DNA of 62,830 bases, counting the filler, from Sphacelaria rigidula (taxonomy: Eukaryota): NCBI GenBank assembly GCA_964200075.2. It is 7 parts of 7 records of this genome, joined end to end, with 100 filler letters (N's around TTAATTAATTAA, not from the genome) between each part and the next. Parts side by side here need not be neighbours in the genome. Positions count along the whole stretch, not along the records: positions 1 to 8,891 come from CAXNAA020009825.1; positions 8,992 to 17,882 come from CAXNAA020009826.1; 5 more parts are not named here. One strand, 5' to 3'. Under the pieces are notes generated by a model. That model searched no databases, was not told where the DNA came from, and worked only from the letters and a program-made list of their open reading frames with translations. A program made the position numbers and the translations under genes. Below, piece by piece: positions 1-9,773 of the stretch. Numbering within the stretch: position 1 is the first letter of the stretch; each line of letters opens with the position of its first letter.

Positions 1-68
1 GTACTCATTTGTTGCTTGCCTTAGTCGTTTGACCATTGACCACGCATCCCTTTCGAGACGGAGCACCC
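1..68 (-). mobile_element. Family A dispersed repeat, 3' end (putative 5'-truncated retroposon)
   Basis: Reverse complement of GGTGCTCCGTCTCGAAAGGGATGCGTGGTCAATGGTCAAACGACTAAGGCAAGCAACAAATGAGTAC, which recurs at 17833, 35005, 35964, 48056 and 52455/52525. Confidence 0.8.
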
Positions 69-97
69 GGATGGGGGGGTTCATTATATTCCATGCC

Positions 98-270
98 GTA
101 CTCATGATACCGTTGATCTCGCATCCCTACAAAACCGAGACGGAGTACGCCGGGTTCTCTCTGGACCAGCCTCGCAATCAATCACCAAGCGCGAAGCGCT
201 ATGATGTGTTGCGTAAGTCTCATGAAGGGTGACCTACATCCTGCTGAGATTGTTCGGCCTGAAGCGTGCG
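98..270 (-). mobile_element. Family B dispersed repeat, 3' part
   Basis: Matches copies at 9075-9556, 13315-13588, 14609-15135, 44665-44852 and 53206-53362 (ctcgcatccctacaaa...gacggagYacgccggg...aatcaccaagcgcgaagcgc). Confidence 0.8.
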
Positions 271-582
271 TGGGGGAGGGCTAGAGCGATATTACAGAGA
301 GAGAGAAATCCTCTCCTAGTGCCTTAAAAGTTTACTCAATACCGTCTGACGATGTATAGGCCCGAGTACTGGCTCTACGTAATCGGTATGAATCAACGGA
401 CGCGGAAAAAATGTGTGCACTACGACTGCTCACAAGCACATAACATTTTCGACAGGCAGGAAAAGGAAGGATGCAACAGGATCGTTCACTATTCTGTATA
501 CTATACTTTGTTGTAAGCCATCGACACGTGGCATCGCTGGGGGGATTCAGGCACTTGTACTACTCAGGAATGACCTGATCAC

Positions 583-702
583 CTCGTTGTACATCTTGGC
601 CTCCGCCCTTTTTCTCCTGAGCTCGAGCACGGTGTCTCTTTTGTCTTTGTACGCCTTCAGTTCGCGCCCCACCTCGCGAGCGACGCACACCTCGGCCACC
701 CA
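583..702 (-). CDS. Internal exon, probably of an OSCA/CSC1/TMEM63-like membrane protein (WVAEVCVAREVGRELKAYKDKRDTVLELRRKRAEAKMYNE)
   Basis: cag|TGG acceptor, GAG|gtgatc donor, 120 bp open frame. The 'VAEVxVA' plus coiled-coil pattern fits the cytosolic loop downstream of the exon at 6344-6438. Confidence 0.55.
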
Positions 703-2164
703 CTGGGACGATCGAATTTTCAGGATAGAGCGATCAGTGGGGTTCGGATTCAGCGTTGTGCCTAGCGTTTAGGGCTGGCGTTGAAGGGTAGGTGAAGCAA
801 TAAGGCTCCAGTTCAGGGATAGAAACATGAAAAGGATGAGGACAACGTTACAGAACCAGAAGAGACGTGAGGTGTGGGGTGTAACAAGAGGATTAGCCTT
901 AGTCATAGGAGTGGCCGTAGGTATTTCGGAGCTTGGGTTTTCCACAACGGTAAAGGTTTGCAAATATGGCGTTTTCGATATGATGTTTGCTACTGACTTG
1001 GAACGTGGGGCTTCAGTACAGTCCGTGGTTACCCTCTCGTCCAGCGCGCCACACGGCGACAAATTTCACGCGTTTCTGACCCCTAGCAAATGGAGTAGTA
1101 CTACATACATACACAAGTCGTAGGGAATATTTCATGCTCATGATGATGTAAATATTGACAGACGAGTCTTGGGAAATCTGTAGAACCTGCTTACACTAGT
1201 AGTTGGCGACCCTGCTCGTCAGGCTAACGGACTGCTACAGTACGTGTCGTCGCTTTGTTCGACGCACTACGCAAAAACGCCACCTACTGTATCAAGGGTT
1301 TGGTTTTGCAGTATTACTATAGCAACAACGGCGACACCAACAGTCGCCTCGATTTTGGCCCCCAGGAAAAATACCCAACGTTTGCTTGAGCGCGGTTAAG
1401 AACGTATGCGTAGAAGAAACAGACAGGGTTGGGCGGTTGGGTGGGTCATGTTCTTTGAGATCCAGGTGGACGATATTGACAGGCCCGTTGTCTCGCAACC
1501 ATGTGTCTGTAGCATCGGGCGGCAACTGAATAAAATTATGATTTTGTGCATCACCACCTGAACTGATTTGGCTGTACTGAGCTTGCCTAACAAAGGTACT
1601 GCATGTGGGCATTGAATGTTTGATGCCCACATGGGTCAGCGCAGAAGATGACTGGTCGGGTACAATAGGAGGCATATAATATATATACATATACTCCGTG
1701 CTAGAACAAAATCGACTATACGGCTGTTTTCACTTGCCGGAATTCTTTGCGAGCCGGTTCTGTCCGGTAGTGTCAGGAGATGACCCTATGCAACGCGACA
1801 TGTACTCGCCTAAATCTAAACAAAAACTCTCATCAAACAACGCGATACACGATGTGCCACTCGCACCTTCCCGAGGTACCACTTGTCTTCCGTGTTGTCA
1901 GAGCTGAAAACTGGCTGTGCGGCAGCGTACGGCGGCCTCCCTTTCCAATCCGGACTTTCCAGCTGGTAGAGATCGCTGAGATAGGCAAGAGCGCATTTGT
2001 GACCGACCACATTGATCTGATTGATCTGATTGGTGTGGTTGAACTGATCGATTGTCGCACTTTGACCGATTCCCCAGGAGTCATGATCCAGGCGTGGTCA
2101 CATTATGGCAGTACCCTAGACAAAACAAGACTGAAAAACTCGCTGAAATACATATGTATACATA

Positions 2165-2507
2165 ATAGCCGATCATCGAAATTGAGGATGGAGCTTTTCA
2201 TTGACAATGAGAACCCGGAGAATTGGAATCTTCGTATTCACACCAAACCTTCGAAATTTGGTTCCATTCCTTCACGTACTGGTAGCGTTTGATCGCGAAA
2301 ATTCTGCGAAACTATTTTTCACCTAGGACCCCAACATTTCGATTATCGAAATCCAACTTTGTATGGCATGTAGTAGTTGCCAATAGCTACCAGTAGGGGA
2401 AGGAACTGAGCCATATTTCGAAGATTTGATGTGCATACGAATATTTGAATCCTCCGGGTTCTCATCCCCAATGAAAAGCTTCATCCTCAATCTCGATAGT
2501 CAGCTGT
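2165..2507. mobile_element. Fold-back MITE (ACAGCCGATC family), internally deleted copy
   Basis: About 120-bp imperfect inverted arms, TA at both flanks, homologous to 3888-4330. Confidence 0.8.
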
Positions 2508-3768
2508 TATATATATATATATATATAACTGGAATATGTGCGTAAAGGCACCTTCCGAGATGCCGTTAGCGTCGGTCTATCTATCTATATAAAAGGGTTA
2601 TTCCTGTAATAATTGCCTGTTTTGGTCCGTTAATTATTTCAAATGGCTGATATTTCGCGAAATTTGTTCTTACGGTGATGTAATATGCCTCTCTATCGAC
2701 GCGTGTCTGCATGCACGTGTACTGTACGTATATGGAGCAGGAAAAGTGGTGTTGAAAGTTGGCTCGCGGACAAGGTACTTTATCACGATAGCCGTAAGAC
2801 TAATCTTTGCTTTGCAGAAATGGTGTACGGGTGGAATTTAGGATGGAATGGGACAGGAGACGCGATACAAGGATTGTCGTACTTATCCAGCGAGGCATCT
2901 TTCGAATATTTTGACGTGGTAGTCGCAAGGTTATCATGCTCTTCCAGTCTGACATGTTGTGGGTATTGAGCGTAACCATCGTTTCCCACGTCTCAAATGA
3001 ACGCCGTAGTTTTTGCGGCCTTGCTTGTATGTACCGCATCTCTCATGAACAGGTAACACATGAGTAGGCAGGAGTATCTGGATGGTGTTTCATCCCCTGT
3101 ACTGTTTCAGGAAAGTACCCTAGAGTGGTGCTAGAGTAGGGGTGCATGCACAAATATTTTGCGAGGTCGGAATTGTGATGAGCCCTCTATCTCACCAAAA
3201 TATGAGTTCTGAAAAATGAGCACGCCACGATCAGCATTCCAACAGGCTAGGGATATCCCGAATGAATTTGAAACCGGAAATGTCACGACCCATATTCTTG
3301 TGTAGCTCCTAACTTTAGGAGCCCCAGAGTGAGAAGGATCTGGGCCTCACTGTGCTACCCCTACCGCACCATGACTCCCTAACCGTATGGAATCAAGTGA
3401 TTTGAGAACGCCATTTCACTGGGAAGATAATCTTATTGATATCGCAGTAACCGGATTGCTTGTCAACATGTTCTACGAAGACACCGATTGTCCATCGTAT
3501 TTCTTATTTTTAGTTATGCATGGAAAAAAACGAAACGTATGCGAGGCATTTCCCCTTGATGTATTGCATGGGATTGGTGCTGCCGGCGGTTGTTGACAAA
3601 AGTAAATAATGGTAAGCACGTGAACAAACAGGAACCTGCTACGACGAGACCAAATTGCCCTCAACCTGTTATTGTACCCAAAAGACACTCGACCGACGAA
3701 ATCATTTCATGTGGAACTCGCCATCTGACATTTCGTTCCACGACCGAGGGTTTCCGAATCCGACGCGT

Positions 3769-3876
3769 GTATGTATGTATGTATGCACGTATGCCATGCA
3801 TGCATGCATGCATGTATGCATACATGCGTGAATGTATATATGCATGCATGCATGCATGTATGTATGTATGTATGTA
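3769..3876. repeat. (TATG)n/(TGCA)n microsatellite; continues at 4331-4450 after the MITE
   Basis: Visible tetranucleotide repeats on both sides of the MITE. Confidence 0.9.
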
Positions 3877-3887
3877 CGGAACATATA

Positions 3888-4330
3888 GCAGCCGATCATC
3901 GAAATTGAGGATGGAGCTTTTCATTGAGATTGAGAACCCGGAGGATTGAAATCTTCGTATCCACACGAAATCTTCGAAATATGGTTCCATCCCTTCACCT
4001 ACTGGTAGCTATTGGCAAGTACTACACGTTATGCAAAATTGGATTTCGATAACCGAAATGTTGGGGTCCTAGGCGAAAAACAAAATTCGGGGAATTTCGG
4101 CGACCCGATCGGATCACCCAAGTTCCCGAGAATTGTTTTTTCATCTAGGACCCCAGATATTTCGGTTATTGAAATCCGAGTTCGTGAGACGTGTACCAAT
4201 TGCCAATAGCTATCAGTATGTGAAGGAATGGAATCATATTTCGAAGATTTCGTGTGGATACGAAGATTTTAATCCGCTGGGTTTCCATCCTTAATGAAAA
4301 GCCCTGAGCTCAATTTCGATGATCGGCTGT
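3888..4330. mobile_element. Fold-back MITE (ACAGCCGATC family), full-length 443 bp
   Basis: Palindromic over nearly its whole length (ta|gcagccgatcatcgaaattgag ... ctcaatttcgatgatcggctgt|ta), with TA flanks. Confidence 0.88.
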
Positions 4331-4566
4331 TATATATGTAATTAGGTTTGTATGTATATGTATATGTATATGTATGCATGTATGTATGTATGTATGTATG
4401 TATATATGTGTGGGTATGTGTGTGCGTATGCATGCGTGTATTTGCGTGTTATGTATATTCGAGATAATGTTAAGGCCAACAGTTTGACCACCGAACCATT
4501 CTCATCCTGTGTTCATTGCCTCCTTGTTCACGCGGATGACACTACAATACTGTACATGCTCTCTAC

Positions 4567-4725
4567 CCTTGTGGGTTGTTTTGTGCGGCCGGGTACACCA
4601 GGGGGCGGCTCTTTCCCACTATAATTTGTCGGGGGTGCATCATATATGCGTGAGAAGCAGGCAAGGATAGACTCTTGAGCTTTGGTCTTCGGAATAATCA
4701 AGGCAGGGAACTTCTTCATTTCGAG
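4567..4725 (-). CDS. Possible additional exon of the contig-1 minus-strand gene (LEMKKFPALIIPK...KQPTR)
   Basis: Pyrimidine-rich cag acceptor, gtagag donor, 159 bp open frame. No recognisable motif. Confidence 0.3.
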
Positions 4726-4826
4726 CTGGCACGGGGAGATCACGCAAACAGAGGGAAGTCGGCCACGCGACGATTAGTGAGAGAGAAGAAAACATCACGT
4801 TACTGCACTGCACCGCACTGCACTAG

Positions 4827-5210
4827 ACACGCGGCCATTCGGCTACCCCCAAAAATACTCTGTTCCAGTCAACTTTTCGAGCCTCCAGATGGATGAAACG
4901 CCTCCAGAGGGTACGCGGCCCTCGAGGGGAGTGGGATAAAAAAAACGCCTCCAGAGGCTTGTTTTGCCTCTGGAGGGCCACGCATCCCTCCGGAGGAATT
5001 TGGAGGATGCACGACCCTCCAGAGCACCAATGTTTTTGTTACTCTCGAGGGTCCAAACCTCAGAAGTCACTGGAGCATCAGATGCCCTCCAGAGGATTCG
5101 CTTATGACCGTACCTGGGGATGAAATACCCTCGAGACAGTATTGTTATCTCGAGAGGATGAAAATCGCGATAGACGATTTTTTCATGGGGGTAGGCGAAT
5201 GTCTGCGTGT
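4827..5210. mobile_element. MITE with ~23-bp TIRs and internal CCCTCCAGAGG repeats
   Basis: ACACGCGGCCATTCGGCTACCCC ... GGGGTAGGCGAATGTCTGCGTGT; many internal CCTCYRGAGG units; related copy at 59054. Confidence 0.75.
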
Positions 5211-5419
5211 ATAACCTTAACCCTACCCCAAGGTACACATATAGAGGATTTTTTGCTTTCAGTGCATTTTTGTCATTATTTAGTATGCAATTTTCAAGAG
5301 ACGGAGATGATGGCCTTCAGTGGACATACTGGTTGTAAGACCGCAGCAGCAGCGAAATTGTCGCGTATCCTTCAAGTATTGCAAGGCTGCGCGGTTCTGT
5401 AAGCTATACCCAGAAGTGG

Positions 5420-5716
5420 GGAATGTTTGGTTGTACACTTTCTACGATAGCCCTCACCCAGAAAAGCAGCTGATTTTTGGGGAGGAAAAATCTACACGTG
5501 AATCAAAATAAAAAGAAGCCGAGCACAATGAGCAGCTGGGAATTCTCAAGCTTGAGTTCGTTCTGGTCAATGTTGCTCATATGAGGCGCTTCATGCACCC
5601 TGAAACTAAACATCAGGCGCTGTATGACCATTTTCTTCGTGTGATAGTTGTGGGCTGCTTTGGGGGGGGGGGGGGGGCTATCGTAGAAAGTGTGGTTGGC
5701 ATACCAAATCATCCCC
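5420..5716. repeat. Inverted-repeat pair (decayed MITE)
   Basis: acactttctacgatagccc...aaagcagc paired with gctgcttt...gggctatcgtagaaagtgt. Confidence 0.6.
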
Positions 5717-6343
5717 GGAATGTGTACCGAACATTCTGGTATGATTTGGAAGGGTATCGAGCACTGTTTGGAACAATCCGGTGTAGTCCGGGAGGGTATT
5801 TACCGCTAAATATCCCTTTCACATGTCCGCAGATATCCTAATCTTAGTCGGTATGCCCCACGAAACACAACCTTGAAAAATTGCCTCGTGTATCCGTTTT
5901 TACTGAAAATCTCGCCCACCTCTAACATGCTCAGAGACTCAGATTTATATCCGTACAATTTTGGCTTTTCCCCCGCAGCATGTGTTTTCAGACCAGATGT
6001 CACGTGTTGCTACACAATTGCCCAGTCTTCCCCCGCTTTACCTATTCTAGCATTCAAGTTATCATGGCCGCTCATCGATTGATTGGTTTCGGTTTTGTCT
6101 GACCACATTTCCCGATGCACCCACCAATTCAATCCAGCCGTGGTCCGAACCTTGGTCACCGCAAAGGAAAAAAAAAAAACGGAAGAAGCACTCGCTGCAA
6201 AAAACGGAGGAGCTGCAGTAAAAAGGAGACAGAATAGAGGTGAAAATATTAAAATCAAGGAAGAAAGAAAAAAGAAAGAAAAAAGAAAAAAAAACACGAA
6301 CAAGCAAATACCGGGTTGATGGATTTCCGAGGAATCTGTATAC

Positions 6344-6438
6344 CTGAAGAATTGCCCGATTTCTTTCCTCCCGGCTGTTTTTGGGAGCCCTTGGATATAC
6401 ACAGCATAATCCGTCGCGGTGACTTTATTTGCATCCAC
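6344..6438 (-). CDS. Internal exon of an OSCA/CSC1/TMEM63-like membrane protein (VDANKVTATDYAVYIQGLPKTAGRKEIGQFF)
   Basis: cag|GTG acceptor, AG|gtatac donor. 'T-x-x-DY-x-V-x-I-x-x-LP...EI-x-x-FF' resembles the start of the RRM-like cytosolic domain of OSCA/TMEM63-type channels. Confidence 0.6.
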
Positions 6439-7062
6439 CTGTTGTGTTGTGATAAACAGCGACAAGAGAAAAAGGCGAAAAGATTCTACTCCGTATGACG
6501 TATTAAGGAACAGGAGAACGTTGTGCGTTAACAAGACAAAAAAAATTCCAGAATAGTGCTGCGCGCGTGCGCATATCTTTTCTTTCTCATCATGTGAATC
6601 AGACGTTCGTGTAGGAAAATCACGTACAATATTTTAGGGTGAACAAGAAGGACCATGAAAAATGTATTAAAGATTGTGGAACTCCCGAAAAATGCTGGTT
6701 CCATTCGTAACCGTAGTATATCGCCGAGACAAACCACCATACAAAACCGTTCTGAACTCTCATGTTTAAGCCAACACACGCTTACTTAAACGTCCATACT
6801 ATCGCTCCCCCGATCCACTGTTTTTGTTATGATTAGCCTGGAACACGACGATAGCGGTCAGATCACTCGCCCCAGCATCCGAACGAAGAAACGCCGCCTC
6901 ATTATCTTGAGTTGATTGCTTATCCATCGACTCCTTTTTCGGCGTCTTATAAGACCACGGAATACATGAAAAGAACAACAAAAACAAATCCGTCGAAATA
7001 CTAATTCTTCAGTGGGTATTGGCCGCTCAAACTCGAGAAAATACGTTCTTATGGAAACTGCT

Positions 7063-7302
7063 GCCGAGATAGCCCCCCCCCCGAACCGGCCAAAACCATG
7101 CACGGAGGCGATGATCATAAATGCCGTTAGAGCTGGTTTCATGGTGCACGACGCGACTCATTTGGGCGTTATAGCTGATTTCGGGCTGCTACAAAACGCC
7201 TCTCATGTCGGCGAAATTGCTGCAAACGAGCCCAAAAGTGGGATCGCAGCCGGTTTGTCGGACGGTCTCCGGTGCACTTTTTGTGGGGGTGCTATCTCGG
7301 CA
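7063..7302. repeat. Inverted-repeat pair (decayed MITE)
   Basis: tgccgagatagccccc paired with gggggtgctatctcggca. Confidence 0.5.
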
Positions 7303-7357
7303 TTAGTCTGGATAGCAACGGCCATGTTAGTGTTCCTTCGGCTACACAGTTTCACGG

Positions 7358-7555
7358 TTCGTACGAATCATCGCCGGTCCGAATGATCAAATCCACGATT
7401 TCTTAGGCCTGATTGCTCGGAAGAGAGAAAAAAGTCGACCGCTGGTCAAACAGGCCTTCACGTAACTGTTGCGCCATGCCACGAGCCTGGGCTGCGCGCA
7501 CCTGGGTTGCAACGCTAAAAACAAAGCCCAAGGGTTGATTCGTACGGTACGAATC
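7358..7555 (+). repeat. Dispersed repeat, inverted homolog at ~13060-13250
   Basis: cccaagggttgattcgtacgg vs ccgtacgaatcaacccttggg, plus a shared taggcct...aaagtYgaccgc block. Confidence 0.6.
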
Positions 7556-7864
7556 AATTACACAAAAATCAAGTAATTTCCAGACGAATCATTTATTCGT
7601 CCGACCCGTGAATAGAAAAAAAAAAAAAACGAATAAAAAAGAATAATTCATTCGTCCGACCCGTGAATAGTTTTCACCGCGGCACCCGGGCGGTCTAAAT
7701 TATGATGGTAAGCGATACCATTAGGGCGGGAAATACGCCGGTTCAATTCCCGCCGGATGTGTCTAGTTTGGCTCTTTTTCTCTCATACGTATCTGATTTC
7801 CGTCGTTGTTATAGCGTGAGAACATGAGTGGCAAAACAATATTAGCTTGACTGAGTTCTGAGTT

Positions 7865-8010
7865 CGTACGACGACGGTTGACGCGGTGCGGGAGTGCTGA
7901 CGGTCATGATCCAACCCACAAGACCAAAAATAGAAGGCGTGTGCCGGGGAGAAAGATGGGTCGATCCCTTTAGACCACGGACGCGTCCCGAGGAAGGGGG
8001 AGGGTTCGAA
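7865..8010 (-). repeat. Dispersed repeat shared with 46085-46165 and 49463-49525
   Basis: Shared cgaaccc...ctcgggacgNgtccgtggtct...gggatcRacccatct...ccggYacacgcctt...atcatgacc...cgcaccgcgtc. Confidence 0.6.
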
Positions 8011-8825
8011 GTGTGACCAAAAGCAGATGTCCGTCTGGCGTACTGATGATGCCACGGCTTGGCACGGCTTCGCGTGTGGTGTCGAAAGTGGTGGCATCCT
8101 AATTGGTTCGTGCCTATGTTTCGTGCCTGTGTTGTGTCCCCAGCTTCACGGTGTGTCGAATGCTGCTCTACATCGGAGTCCTCGTATTTCGTCCTCTTTT
8201 TGTGGCACGCAGATGAGGCTAACTTTTGGGGTGTGCGGCGGGCAGTCTCCACGAAGGTATATCGTAGACATGCATACACCTCATGGTATGTGAGGCGATG
8301 TGATACAATGCGATCGGTGGAATCGATCGATTGTCGCTCATCAAGATTAACCCAATACCCATCCGTGGTCACAGAAAGGACGCACCCAACGGGGAAAAAA
8401 GAAGAGAAAAGAAAACACGGGAGCACACGCTGGATGGAAGTCAACAGGGCGGAAAGACCGAAAAAAAATGAATAGGCACCAAAGTAATGACGATAGAAGA
8501 GGAGAAGACAAAATCAAAGCGAACAAAAACTAACGGGGAAAGAAAAACAGGAAAAGATTGTGCCAAGATATGGTAACACTGTCGTGCCCAGATCTAGTAC
8601 CAGCCCGCGAAAAACACCAGCTGGGGCCCCTGCGGCGCGGTGTCAGGTCAGTAAGGAAGCCTGCTTGAAAAGAAGTAGATGTATCCCGTACCCTGATGAA
8701 CCAAACCCTCGTGGCAAAAAGGAGCGGGCGTTCTTTAGATGAGTCCAAGCAAATGCACCAGGCCATGCTCCAAGAAGTCGTTACTAATGAGTGTCCCTAC
8801 GATACCCCCCCCCACCCCTCCCCAC

Positions 8826-8891
8826 GTAATGAGCGCCGGAATGTTGGGGGTGTCTCTATTAGGAGTAGGAAGGGTGCTCCGTCTCGAAAGG
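8826..8891 (+). mobile_element. Family A repeat, cut by contig end, preceded by a C-tract
   Basis: taatgagcgcc..aatgttg..ggtgtctctattaggagtaggaa.ggtgctccgtctcg is nearly identical to 48010-48069. Confidence 0.8.
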
Positions 8892-8991
8892 NNNNNNNNN
8901 NNNNNNNNNNNNNNNNNNNNNNNNNNNNNNNNNNNTTAATTAATTAANNNNNNNNNNNNNNNNNNNNNNNNNNNNNNNNNNNNNNNNNNNN
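8892..8991. other. Artificial contig linker N44-TTAATTAATTAA-N44
   Basis: Identical 100-bp spacer with stops in all frames, recurring about every 8.99 kb. Confidence 0.98.
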
Positions 8992-8994
8992 TTC

Positions 8995-9556
8995 CGGCCA
9001 TTTAGGGATGCGAGGTAAATGCTTTAATGACAATGGACCGCACGATCATGAGTACACCCCCCCCCCCCTCCTGATGACTGGCGTCGGTTGGCGAAGGTGC
9101 TGGGAAACACACCACTCACTACGTAAGCTAGGCAACCAGGTTGCCGTTTTTTTTTCGGTGTCCATTATGGTGGTCGAGTTGGATCATATTATACGGGGTG
9201 GATGACCTTAACTCCGCGCAAAGGAGATGTTCGTACTGCGTGGTGTAGAAATGGTGAGGCACCCATGAGGCAGTGTGTAACCCGTGGATGTCGCTGGAAG
9301 TAGCGACACCAGAGAATGAAGCGACTCATTGTGGGCTGCCGTCTAAATGGAATATAATCAGTACGCTTCGAGCCGAATAATCTTGGCGGGATGCAGCTCA
9401 CCCGCCATGCCTCTCGCCGCACACGTCAGGGCGCTTCGCGTTTGGTGATCGATGGCGAATCTGGTCCGGCGAAAACCCAGTCTGTATCATCCCGGCTATG
9501 TAGGGGTGCGAGGTCAATAGTGATCAGACTGTGTCATGCAATGTCATGTACCCCCA
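8995..9556 (+). mobile_element. Two tandem family B copies (short 3' end 8995-9070; ~480-bp copy 9075-9556)
   Basis: Each ends in catg(a)gtac plus a C-run; the long copy aligns with 14631-15135 on the opposite strand. Confidence 0.8.
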
Positions 9557-9564
9557 CTCCTCAG

Positions 9565-9773
9565 CCACCGCGACCCTCACACATGCCTTGGCGGTACGAT
9601 CTCCCCGTGTACGAGCAGCCGGAGATGAGCTCGATGAGCAGACGGCGGACAAGAACAAAAAGGAGGACCCATTGCGGGTGCGCGACGAGTCGTTGTTATG
9701 GACAAAGGGCCTGTCTGTGGCCGAAACGGCCACCATACAGGACGGGAGGGATCTGGAGGCCAATCGGGTTGAG
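9565..9773 (+). CDS. HID1: HID1/Ecm30-family protein, first visible exon (...DESLLWTKGLSVAETATIQDGRDLEANRVE)
   Basis: cag acceptor, GAG|gttcgt donor. 'W-x-x-G...D-x-x-x-NR-x-E' matches the HID1 segment preceding LL-x-LLL. Confidence 0.75.

Noticed and set aside
5530-5609. Exon VHEAPHMSNIDQNELKLENSQLLI of the contig-1 gene
   Set aside because: It has a plausible acceptor but no convincing donor, and it lies between the arms of an inverted repeat.
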